NCBI GenBank assembly: GCA_965217195.1
Contig: CBDCHL010000003.1
Span: forward strand, 41,941 to 105,940
Length of the DNA stretch: 64,000 nucleotides
Reading direction: 5' to 3'
DNA from: Bryobacterales bacterium
GTDB taxonomy: Bacteria; Acidobacteriota; Terriglobia; Bryobacterales; UBA6623
Shown here: one piece after another, positions 56,550 to 64,000 of the stretch
Layout: every line of letters begins with the position of its first letter
Position numbering within the stretch: position 1 is the stretch's first letter
The notes under the pieces: generated by a model
What the model was told of the DNA's origin: nothing
The model's database searches: none
What the model saw: the letters and a program-made list of their open reading frames with translations, nothing else
Program-made: the position numbers and the translations under genes

Positions 56550-56799
56550 GGGAGCGGTGTGCGACGAAGTTGATCGGGTGCGGGAACGGTGTCGGGCCCA
56601 AGGAACCGCCCCGGGGGCTTCTCGAATTGTCGGTTGGCGCGCGCGGTTGGGGTTCGGGACCGGCCGGCGGGGCGGCCTCGCGGCCTGCTTGTGGGCGTTG
56701 AACTTGCGAGTCTAGCTGCGGGCATCGCGCTCCCACCACGTTCCTTCGGGGTGCGAACCTCATCGGACACCGCTCTCTTACGGTCGCGGCTCGGTTTGG
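56528..56799. repeat. 44-bp inverted repeat (39/44) with 184-nt spacer, spanning the stop codon of the cytochrome gene
   Basis: Left arm (56528-56571) is CCAAACCGAGCCGCGACCATAAGGGAGCGGTGTGCGACGAAGTT. The reverse complement of the right arm (56756-56799) is CCAAACCGAGCCGCGACCGTAAGAGAGCGGTGTCCGATGAGGTT. Confidence 0.75.
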
Positions 56800-56931
56800 C
56801 CGTTCAAACCTCCGGCCAAGTGAGGGAGCAGTATGCGATCAGGCCGCCCGGACGCGTTGCCGGCGATGATCCTACTGCAGCTGCGCGAGGATCTCCCACG
56901 CAAAGCCGCGCCTGACTCCGCCACGGCCGGG

Positions 56932-58035
56932 CTACCGCAGCCACTCGTCCAGCTTCGCCTCCACCAGCGGAGCGTCATTGAGGTCGGGATACGCCGCGCA
57001 AACCCGGTCAATCTCCGCCGCCTGTCCCGGCGAAAGCGTTTCCTTCGGATTCAAGCACCAGGTGCCTTCGACCAGGCCTTGGCGGCGAAGCATCTCCAGA
57101 ACACCCGGCACCGCACCCTTAAAGTTGTTGGCGGCGTCAAAAGCCGCCGCGTTGACATCGGTGACCTGAACGTTGAGCGTCATCATGCGCGGTGGTACGG
57201 GGAGCTTCTGTTGCGCCACGATCCGACGGCACTCCATCCAATAGTCCACCGCTCGCCGCGTCCAAAACGCCCAATGACCGAGAAGCCCGCCCACGATCTG
57301 CACCGAAGTCGCTTGCTCGTCCCGCTCGAAACGGAAATTGGTCAACAAGTCGCCGACGATGTTGTCGTCATTGCCGGTGTAGAGAGCGATCTCCGAACCG
57401 CGGCCCGACTCGGCAATCGCACGCACGACATCGAGAGTCTGATAACGGTTGAAAGCCGCAATCTTGATGGCGACGACGTTTTCAATCTCGACGAAGTCAC
57501 GCCAAAACGCATAGGGCAGCGCAAGCCCGCCCATCGCCGGCTGCAAGTAGAAACCGAAAACAGGAATTGCCTCTGCTACCGCCCGCACATGCTTGATAAG
57601 TTTGCGCGGCGAGAGTTGGTCCAAGCCCCCTAGGTTTAACAGCCCGGCATGGTAACCCAGCTCGGCCGCCATCGCCGCCTCGCTGACGGCTTGGCGCGTT
57701 CCGCCACATACGCCGGCGACCCGAATCATCTGAGCTCCCCTCTTCGGCGCGTGCCGGTCGAGAGTTTCCGCAGCAAGCTCAAGGACCGGCCGCAGCAGCC
57801 CCACCATCGGATCGTGAATCGCAAACTGCGTCGTGTGGACACCGACCGCGACGCCGCCGGCGCCGGCGGTTATGTAATACCGCGTCAGTGCTCTTTGACG
57901 CCGTTCGTCAAGTTTCCGCCGCCTATTCAAGGCCAATGGATGGGCCGGTATCACGGCACCTTTGCGCAGATGTTTGAGGATCGGCTTAGGCGGCATGGCG
58001 ATTCGGGGCTTCGACCAAACCCCTCGCCCGGACAC
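56932..58035 (-). CDS. dihydrodipicolinate synthase/N-acetylneuraminate lyase-like TIM-barrel family protein
   Basis: 367 aa with a GTG start. LRKGAVIPAHPLALN..RKLDERRQRALTRYYITAGAGGVAVGVHTTQF resembles DapA-family members annotated in sugar-utilisation loci. The assignment is moderate. Confidence 0.6.
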   Translation of the reverse strand: MSGRGVWSKPRIAMPPKPILKHLRKGAVIPAHPLALNRRRKLDERRQRALTRYYITAGAGGVAVGVHTTQFAIHDPMVGLLRPVLELAAETLDRHAPKRGAQMIRVAGVCGGTRQAVSEAAMAAELGYHAGLLNLGGLDQLSPRKLIKHVRAVAEAIPVFGFYLQPAMGGLALPYAFWRDFVEIENVVAIKIAAFNRYQTLDVVRAIAESGRGSEIALYTGNDDNIVGDLLTNFRFERDEQATSVQIVGGLLGHWAFWTRRAVDYWMECRRIVAQQKLPVPPRMMTLNVQVTDVNAAAFDAANNFKGAVPGVLEMLRRQGLVEGTWCLNPKETLSPGQAAEIDRVCAAYPDLNDAPLVEAKLDEWLR

Positions 58036-58832
58036 TAATGGCGGCGGTCCAACTCTTCGGGAAACAAGGCGAATCCCGGAGGCGGAGGAAGCACTTTGCG
58101 GAGCAAATTCAGTCGGCGACGAATATTACGGCTGTTGAGCTGACGCGGACCGGCTTCGAGGTCGATATCGCAACACAACCCGTGCATATAAAGCGTCAGG
58201 GTGTCCTGCATGGACTGGCGTACATAACCGCGCAAGAGCTTGGTGTTCCGAGTCGGGTCCTTTTGACGTCGCACCAGTTCTTCTTTCAGCCGCCAACTCT
58301 GTTCGTCGATCTCGCCGTGGGCGTGCTCTGCAAGCTCTGCGCGGAGCAGATCCGTGAATCCGGCCAGAGTCTCGCCGTCAAGGATCTCACAAACCAGGTT
58401 CGCCACCCCGGTATAAAAACTGTAGTGGCAATCTGCCGGATCCTCATCGGTGACGGCCAGAAAAAGGAACGCGTCGTCCGCGTAGCGCAAAGTAGCCGCG
58501 AAAACACGACGGCGCTGCGGCGGAGCCGTGAACGAAACCACACGCCGCGGAGTTGCCTTTTCGGCGGTTCGCTTCTTTGTCCCGCCCGCTCCGTTCGACG
58601 TGCCGGTCGACGGCACGGATTCCAGGTAGGGTACCAATACGACGCGGATGCCGCGAAAGAGTTTCCCCAGTTCGGGCGGCGTGGCCGCCACCGGCTCGTG
58701 CAAAAGCCGACGCAGTACGTCGTCCTCAACCGGGGAGGCGCAAAAGTAGCTGAACAGACTGTTCAGTGGGACTGTTTGATCGCGGCACTGTTCCGCGAAC
58801 TCTTCGACCGGAATCTTCGAATGTGTCGGCAT
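58035..58832 (-). CDS. hypothetical protein
   Basis: 265 aa with an ATG start. Its stop overlaps the next start (TAGTG). No motif recognised. Confidence 0.5.
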   Translation of the reverse strand: MPTHSKIPVEEFAEQCRDQTVPLNSLFSYFCASPVEDDVLRRLLHEPVAATPPELGKLFRGIRVVLVPYLESVPSTGTSNGAGGTKKRTAEKATPRRVVSFTAPPQRRRVFAATLRYADDAFLFLAVTDEDPADCHYSFYTGVANLVCEILDGETLAGFTDLLRAELAEHAHGEIDEQSWRLKEELVRRQKDPTRNTKLLRGYVRQSMQDTLTLYMHGLCCDIDLEAGPRQLNSRNIRRRLNLLRKVLPPPPGFALFPEELDRRH

Positions 58833-58946
58833 CGGCTTTCGACCGGCAACCTGGATTTTAGCAGTTCGGTCAAGAATCGAAGCTCAGCCCCGCTGTCCCG
58901 GTTTACCTCCGCGTTCTGCGCTCTACAATCAACAAGGAGGACGATC

Positions 58947-59168
58947 GTGGAAATCGATGCCGCATTTTCTCGCCAAGCCATGGAGGCAGCGCTCGAACAA
59001 TTTCCCGACTTCGCGAAGTTTCAGCCGCGCATTGAGTGGCGCGCTCTGATGAAAGGCGGCGCGTTCATCGTGGCTTACGAAGAGCGCCCTCCGAACGACT
59101 TCCCCAACGCTTGGGATTTTCAGAACGCCTACGTCAAAGGCTACAAACGATTGGCGGACACGGACTGA
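58947..59168 (+). CDS. hypothetical small protein
   Basis: GTG start 6 nt after AAGGAGG. 73 aa (VEIDAAFSRQAMEAALEQFPDF...). The rest of track ORF 58038..59168 is antisense to the previous gene. Confidence 0.4.
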   Translation: MEIDAAFSRQAMEAALEQFPDFAKFQPRIEWRALMKGGAFIVAYEERPPNDFPNAWDFQNAYVKGYKRLADTD

Positions 59169-59196
59169 AAGCCCGGCATCCGATTCGTTCGCACGC

Positions 59197-60156
59197 TCAA
59201 GCGTCTTCAGCGGCCGGAGCGTATTTGCTCTCGAGCGCTTTCACTGCGGCGACGAACGTCCGGTTGACCGGAGTCGGAATGCCGTGACGTTCACCTAAGC
59301 GGACTACGGCGCCGTTGATGTAGTCGATCTCCGTCGGCCGTTTGTGGAGAACATCACGACAGATGCTCGACTTGTTTGTACCGGTGCCGCCCTTGCCTGT
59401 GATCTGATGAAGGACTTCCCGAGCCTCGTCGTCCTCAAGGCTGATGCCCGAGGCGCGAGCCACGGCCGCCGCTTCGTCGATGGCCTCGAACGCGACTTCC
59501 CGCAACTCCGGCACCCCAACAACGCCGTCGATGCTCAGGTCGGCGAAGGCTGAGGGCGGCCCCAGGGATAGGTTGGCCATCAGCTTCTTCCATATCTCGC
59601 GGCGGATATCCGTGCTTTCGTGGGTCGGTAACCCGGCGCTGCTAAACGCCGCCGCGATACGCCGCGCACGCTCCGAGGAGCCCCCTCCCATCTCTCCGAT
59701 GTAACTCGGCAGCTCGCTGTAGTTACGGATAACGCCCGCGGCTTCGACGCCGGCGCCCTGCGCGGTCAGCCCACCCAGCACGCGCTCTATGCCCACAACC
59801 TCTCCGATGACCTCCTCATTCCCCAACCCGTTCTGAAAGCTGATCGCGACCGTCTCCTCGGCAAACAGAGTAAGAGAAGCCTCAACGGCCCCCTTGGTAT
59901 GGCGCGCTTTGCATTGCACCAGGACGACATCCGCCGCGGGCAACCCCTCCGCCGTCAAAGCCGCCCGCACCGGAATAGAGCGATCGCCGCCGTAACCGAG
60001 GACGCGGAGACCGTCGCGGTTAATCGCATCGACGTGGTCGCGCCAAACGTCGACGAGAGTAACGTTGAGGCCTCCTTCTTTGAGCAAACCGCCGAAAAGG
60101 CAGCCCATCGCGCCGGCTCCTACGACGACGATATGATCGGGTTTCCAAGTTGACAT
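59197..60156 (-). CDS. panE: 2-dehydropantoate 2-reductase family (ketopantoate reductase-like)
   Basis: 319 aa. N-terminal Rossmann IVVVGAGAMGCLFGGLL and C-terminal ApbA-type region (SICRDVLHKRPTEIDYINGAVVRLGERHGIPTPVN). Confidence 0.75.
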   Translation of the reverse strand: MSTWKPDHIVVVGAGAMGCLFGGLLKEGGLNVTLVDVWRDHVDAINRDGLRVLGYGGDRSIPVRAALTAEGLPAADVVLVQCKARHTKGAVEASLTLFAEETVAISFQNGLGNEEVIGEVVGIERVLGGLTAQGAGVEAAGVIRNYSELPSYIGEMGGGSSERARRIAAAFSSAGLPTHESTDIRREIWKKLMANLSLGPPSAFADLSIDGVVGVPELREVAFEAIDEAAAVARASGISLEDDEAREVLHQITGKGGTGTNKSSICRDVLHKRPTEIDYINGAVVRLGERHGIPTPVNRTFVAAVKALESKYAPAAEDA

Positions 60157-60233
60157 GAGGGTTGACTCCCGGTCACTGTTGTACCACTGTCGGCGCGGCG
60201 AGACCGATTGGCAAACGTTCGTCGGCCGCCGGG

Positions 60234-61814
60234 CTACTCGATTGTCTCCCGGGTCGTGGCAAGCCGGTTGATTTGGGCCGCCATCTCGGGGAAGTGTGCG
60301 AGGAGCTTCGAAAAATCCGCTTTGCCCACCGCCAACAGATCCACGCCGACGAGCGCGCGAACATCGGCGTTGCGTGGAGCGTCGGAGAGCATGGCCATTT
60401 CGCCGAAGTAATCGCCGGGCCCGAGCCCCGCGAGCGGCCGGCCGTCTCGAACCACCTCAACCTTCCCGCGCGTGATGACGTACATGCGGTCTCCGACATC
60501 GCCTTCGGCGAAGATCAGGTCACCCTCCTCGAAGTGCTCGCTGCTGATGTTGTCGGAGGTCCGCACCTGCAATTGGACGAGGTCGTCGGGAAACAGAAAA
60601 GCGGTCGCCCAGTCGAGGGCCAGGCGCAACTTGCGGTCCCAACCCGGCAGCTTCGACCAATAAATCGTACGCCACAGCAACCACGCGGGTAAACCCGAAA
60701 AGCGCATGCCCAGCACCTCGGCCACCGCCGAATGGTGCCCCAGCGAGCCCAGTTTCCCCAGTCCCGCAAAATTGAATTCCGAGGCGGGAGTACCGCGCAA
60801 CGCAGCGCGAACGTTTTCGGCCGCGGTTCGAGCTTCCCGCACCGCATGCTGCGCGGTGGGCGGGGCAAAAGAGCCGTCCGGCATGGACACCGCCGCACAA
60901 TCGCCGAGCGCCCAGACGCGTCCTTCAAAGCCTTCCATCTCTAACCGCCGATTCACTGCAATGCGGCCCTTGGTCTTAGCGCAGTCGAGCGTTGCCAACA
61001 CCGGCGCGGCGGCCGACGGTACCGTGCTGACGAGTGTTCGAGTGGGAATCGATGCACCGTCATCGAGAATGGCGGCATCAGCGGTGGCGGCGCGAATCCG
61101 CGCGTTCAGCTTCAGCTCGACGCCTCGCTTGCGCAACAGCTTCTCGGCGTACGCAGCAAGCTTGGGCGTGATCTCCGGCAAGATGCGGTCCCGCGAATGG
61201 ACCAGCACGCAACGAATTTCCTCGGGCCGCAGAGTCTTGAAATCGCGGGTCGCTCGGCGAGCGAAGTCGTTCAACTCAGCCAGCACTTCCACCCCCGAGA
61301 ACCCACCGCCGGCGACAACGAATGTCAACAGCAGTCTGCGAAATTCAAGGTCCGCTTCGTTGTCCGCTTCCCCGAGGGCCTCGAGGACGCGGTTACGAAG
61401 TCGTAACGCGTCCCCAAGTGTTCGGAAAGGCAGTGCGTGCTCAGCCAAGCCTGCCATACCGGAGAAGTTCGTAATACCGCCCGGGGCCAATATCAAATAG
61501 TCAAAACGGAGGTCTAGTCCTTTCGGGCGCATCCCGGGAGCCAGCGAGACCGTTCTGCCGGCGAGATCAATTCCATCGATCTCACGAACATAGAGCTTCG
61601 TGCGTGGGCACAGCCGCCGAATTGGAGAAACGGTATCCAACAACCCAATCGATCCCGAGATTACCTCCGGCAGTAAGGGCTGAAACACGAAGTAGTTCTC
61701 GCGATTGATGAGGCAGATGTCCGCCTCGTCCGGACGAAGCATCTTCTCGAGAAAACGCGCGGCGTAAACACCTCCAAATCCCCCGCCGACGATGACGATA
61801 CGCTTGGCGGCCAT
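60234..61814 (-). CDS. type II NADH dehydrogenase (NDH-2)-like flavoprotein fused to a C-terminal cyclic-nucleotide-binding domain
   Basis: ATG 61814. RIVIVGGGFGGVYAA, a second dinucleotide fold VVAGGGFSGVE, and GDCA. The C-terminal FEEGDLIFAEGDVGDRMYVITRGKVEVV...GPGDYFGEMAML fits a cNMP-binding fold. Confidence 0.85.
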   Translation of the reverse strand: MAAKRIVIVGGGFGGVYAARFLEKMLRPDEADICLINRENYFVFQPLLPEVISGSIGLLDTVSPIRRLCPRTKLYVREIDGIDLAGRTVSLAPGMRPKGLDLRFDYLILAPGGITNFSGMAGLAEHALPFRTLGDALRLRNRVLEALGEADNEADLEFRRLLLTFVVAGGGFSGVEVLAELNDFARRATRDFKTLRPEEIRCVLVHSRDRILPEITPKLAAYAEKLLRKRGVELKLNARIRAATADAAILDDGASIPTRTLVSTVPSAAAPVLATLDCAKTKGRIAVNRRLEMEGFEGRVWALGDCAAVSMPDGSFAPPTAQHAVREARTAAENVRAALRGTPASEFNFAGLGKLGSLGHHSAVAEVLGMRFSGLPAWLLWRTIYWSKLPGWDRKLRLALDWATAFLFPDDLVQLQVRTSDNISSEHFEEGDLIFAEGDVGDRMYVITRGKVEVVRDGRPLAGLGPGDYFGEMAMLSDAPRNADVRALVGVDLLAVGKADFSKLLAHFPEMAAQINRLATTRETIE

Positions 61815-62369
61815 GTTGGGTAAGGGCTGTGACACGATTCTTGTGACGCTTTCTCCCCTGTTACGCAGCGAGTCCACGATTGCGTGCGCGCCGTCGTGAC
61901 CGCGACTGTCCTACAGTGTCCTCCACACCGCGGTTCCGATCAACCTGACGTGCCGGCGTGTGACCTTCCTACAGCGGCTGCGGGCAGGTAACGGAAACTG
62001 ATCTCAACCCCGTGGACATACGACTGGTCAGCGGCAAGCAAGCCTATTGCGTCGGGACATCGGTCGAACCGTCGTAAGGGACTAACTCCCGCTCCGAACC
62101 GATCCTGGCGGCCTTAGTGGTCCCACGCGAACAAGCCGATGCCGGAACCGGAAACTCCATGAACCCGTCCTAGAATCGAGCCGCGACCGAGTAGGCGGAT
62201 GGAAACAGGCCCGCTTGGCTTCCCCGTATCGGAGCCTCCCGACTGCCCCTCGGTTCCCCGATCCTTACAAGACCCCTAGGCTGCAACCCTTAGGCAAGAT
62301 AAGTACCAGTGTCCTATTCCTTCCCTCGTGAGGAGTTGACACCATGAGAACACAGACAGGGAACAAACT

Positions 62370-62678
62370 ATGCTGCTCACGAAGACCATGTCCGCACGCC
62401 AAGAGCCCTTGGACCCATCATTGCAACGACTCGCCGGCGCCGTCCTCATCCAGGCCTTGGAGGACCTCACGCGAGGTCCCAAGCGCTCTCGGGAAGAGGC
62501 CTTGCATTGGATTCTCGGCCGCACCAAGGACGGGTTTAATTTCGAGCTGTGTTGTAACCTGCTCGGACGCGAGCCCGACGATGTATTGCAACGCGTTCAA
62601 CGTTTCTTCTTCATCCCTACCGGCACAACGACCTCCCACGGCTCCTACGCCGAGTCATTCTCCTACTTCTTGAAATAG
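62370..62678 (+). CDS. hypothetical small protein
   Basis: 102 aa (…AGAVLIQALEDLTRGPKRSREEALHWILGRTKDGFNFELCCNLLGREPDDV…). It looks more protein-like than the overlapping ORF 62344..62673. Confidence 0.4.
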   Translation: MLLTKTMSARQEPLDPSLQRLAGAVLIQALEDLTRGPKRSREEALHWILGRTKDGFNFELCCNLLGREPDDVLQRVQRFFFIPTGTTTSHGSYAESFSYFLK

Positions 62679-62757
62679 CGCGTTACGGGTGAAGCGATTC
62701 GTTTGACCCCTTCGGCAGACCGCATCAACCAGCTTGGTTCCGTTGTTCGCTACTCGC

Positions 62758-63726
62758 CTAACGGGGGGTCAGAGCCGACGCTTTACCTTGTCGCGAGTGG
62801 TCTTGCTCTGTCGCCGCCGCGAGCTTGCGGGATGTTCCGGTCGCTAACCAAATGCCGATGAAAACGGCGGCCGCGCCGAAGATCAGCCGAGACGTCACGG
62901 CTTCCCCCATCATCACCGCGCTCAAGGCCACGCCGAAAAGTGGAACAGCGAAGTTGAAGAACGTCAGCGGCCCCGGGGCGTGGTGCCGCAGCAGGTGGGC
63001 CCAGATCGTAAACCCCAATCCGCCCACGATGACGCCCTGGTAGAGAACCGCCGAGAGCGCTTTCCAGTCCATTGCCTCGCGCGGGGACGACACGTCCCAT
63101 AATGCGGCGGCAAGGAACAACGGCAGCGAAAAAATCATTTGCCAAAAGGCGGTCTTTTCGGGTTCGATTCGCTGAACCACGCGTTGCGTGTAGATCGTTC
63201 GCACGGCGACGAGGACACTCGATAGCAGCAACAAGAGGTTGCCCAACAGCGGAGCCGAGGCCAAGCGGGTCTCGGGACGCCCCAGAAAGACTACGCAAAC
63301 CCCGGCGAACGCAATCGCAAGCCCCAGAAGACGGCGTTGCGAAAGGCGGTCTCCGGGGACGACGAAATGCGCGAAGAAGTTGGCGAAGACAGGGTTGCTG
63401 TTCATCAAAACGGTGGCGTAGGCGGGGGAGGTGAAATCGGCGCCGTAGTGCATCAGGCCGATTTGGGCGACGAAGAGCAAACCAAGGCTCGCCAACGCCC
63501 GCTTTTCCCCCGGCCGGGTTCGCAGTTGAATGCTGCGCAGTCCCGACCAGCACCCGACCGCCGCTGCGCCGATTGCCATTCTTCCGAAGGCGGTCCAAAA
63601 GGGGGCGAAGGCCGTCAAGGCGAATTTCAATGCGACTTGGTTGCCGCCGCGAATGATGGTGACCACGAGGGCGAGCAGAGCCGACTTACGTCCGATCGGG
63701 CGCATTGTGAAGGCGTCGCTCATCAT
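62758..63726 (-). CDS. EamA/DMT-family transporter
   Basis: 322 aa with about 10 TM segments and the two-EamA-domain pattern. Confidence 0.8.
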   Translation of the reverse strand: MMSDAFTMRPIGRKSALLALVVTIIRGGNQVALKFALTAFAPFWTAFGRMAIGAAAVGCWSGLRSIQLRTRPGEKRALASLGLLFVAQIGLMHYGADFTSPAYATVLMNSNPVFANFFAHFVVPGDRLSQRRLLGLAIAFAGVCVVFLGRPETRLASAPLLGNLLLLLSSVLVAVRTIYTQRVVQRIEPEKTAFWQMIFSLPLFLAAALWDVSSPREAMDWKALSAVLYQGVIVGGLGFTIWAHLLRHHAPGPLTFFNFAVPLFGVALSAVMMGEAVTSRLIFGAAAVFIGIWLATGTSRKLAAATEQDHSRQGKASALTPR

Positions 63727-63788
63727 TCATCATGTCGACGGGCATGACGTCGACAGGCATGAGGTCGACCGGGGCACCGGGCCGTCGT

Positions 63789-64000
63789 TCAGACCGCCGG
63801 TTTGGCCGGGGCCGAGGGCTGTCTTGCTCTCCAGCGGGCCTCGAGCTTCGGCTGCAAGGTGACGATCAGAATTCCCATGGCCACGCCGCCGACGCCGATC
63901 ATCAATGCCGGCGGGATGGATTCCGAAAAGGCCCAGGCACTCGCAAGAACTCCGAAAATCGGCGTCGGGAATGCATAGACCGATAAAGCGCCGGCCGGAG
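63789..64000 (-). CDS. C-terminal part of a second EamA/DMT-family transporter, cut by the window edge
   Basis: The reverse frame from nt 63998 reads ...ALSVYAFPTPIFGVLASAWAFSESIPPALMIGVGGVAMGILIVTLQP... and ends at TGA 63789-63791. It is not in the ORF track because its start lies outside the window. Confidence 0.6.
   Translation of the reverse strand, partial: PAGALSVYAFPTPIFGVLASAWAFSESIPPALMIGVGGVAMGILIVTLQPKLEARWRARQPSAPAKPAV

Noticed and set aside
58038-58946. A long plus-strand ORF (part of 58038..59168, 376 aa).
   Set aside because: It is entirely antisense to the better-supported minus-strand gene 58035..58832 and is Arg/Ala-rich in the way shadow frames of high-GC DNA are. Only its last 73 codons, which have their own SD and GTG, were kept.
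62176-62197. ATCGAGCCGCGACCGAGTAGG shares 12 nt (CGAGCCGCGACC) with the arms of the 56.5-kb inverted repeat.
   Set aside because: The match is short, there is no inverted partner nearby, and no extended similarity. It is probably chance in GC-rich DNA.

Overview
This is a 64-kb chromosomal window of roughly 60% GC (estimated by eye). The gene content points, by inference only, to an Acidobacteriota genome of the Solibacter/Bryobacter type. The relevant genes are a planctomycete-type cytochrome c/DUF1549/DUF1553 protein paired with DUF1501, FG-GAP/ASPIC-UnbV proteins with TPR partners, PQQ-like beta-propellers, and a lipase-like protein ending in what I recall as the Solibacter TIGR03437 C-terminal domain.

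Layout:
- 1-10.1 kb: two TPR + ASPIC/UnbV gene pairs plus extra TPR genes.
- 10.1-20.6 kb: a zone of gene decay with at least seven truncated, frameshifted or nonsense-interrupted genes and one intact-looking IS630-family insertion sequence.
- 20.6-28.3 kb: loosely related accessory genes (SagB-type dehydrogenase, truncated haemoglobin, ICMT-like methyltransferase, MFS transporter, and a 728-aa EF-hand/3-TM protein of unknown family). Most intergenic regions here hold a MITE-like repeat.
- 28.3-32.4 kb: intact PSCyt/DUF1549/DUF1553 + DUF1501 pair.
- 32.8-38.6 kb: a six-gene minus-strand operon joining a 2-oxoacid/acetoin-type dehydrogenase (E2, E1alpha, E1beta) to a PfkB kinase, a class II aldolase and a D-lyxose-isomerase-type cupin.
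- 42.4-48.3 kb: housekeeping clpX-lon-engB-rho.
- 52.5-56.5 kb: divergent PQQ-like propeller paralogues plus a cytochrome c/helix-hairpin-helix protein.
- 56.9-64 kb: DapA-like, PanE-like, NDH-2 fused to a cNMP-binding domain, and EamA transporters.

I found no rRNA, tRNA, CRISPR array, or recognisable defence or biosynthetic cluster.

The structure that genes do not explain is repeat DNA:
- Three families of short non-coding elements with terminal inverted repeats. One copy is flanked by an 11-bp direct repeat.
- A 44-bp inverted repeat that spans a stop codon.
- An IS630 element whose in-silico excision restores a twin-arginine signal.

I do not see a convincing novel multi-gene system. The best candidates for undescribed biology are the repeat families, the EF-hand membrane protein bracketed by them, and the sugar/2-oxoacid-dehydrogenase operon. 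Several of the frameshifts could instead be assembly errors. All family assignments come from motif recognition by eye, not from searches.
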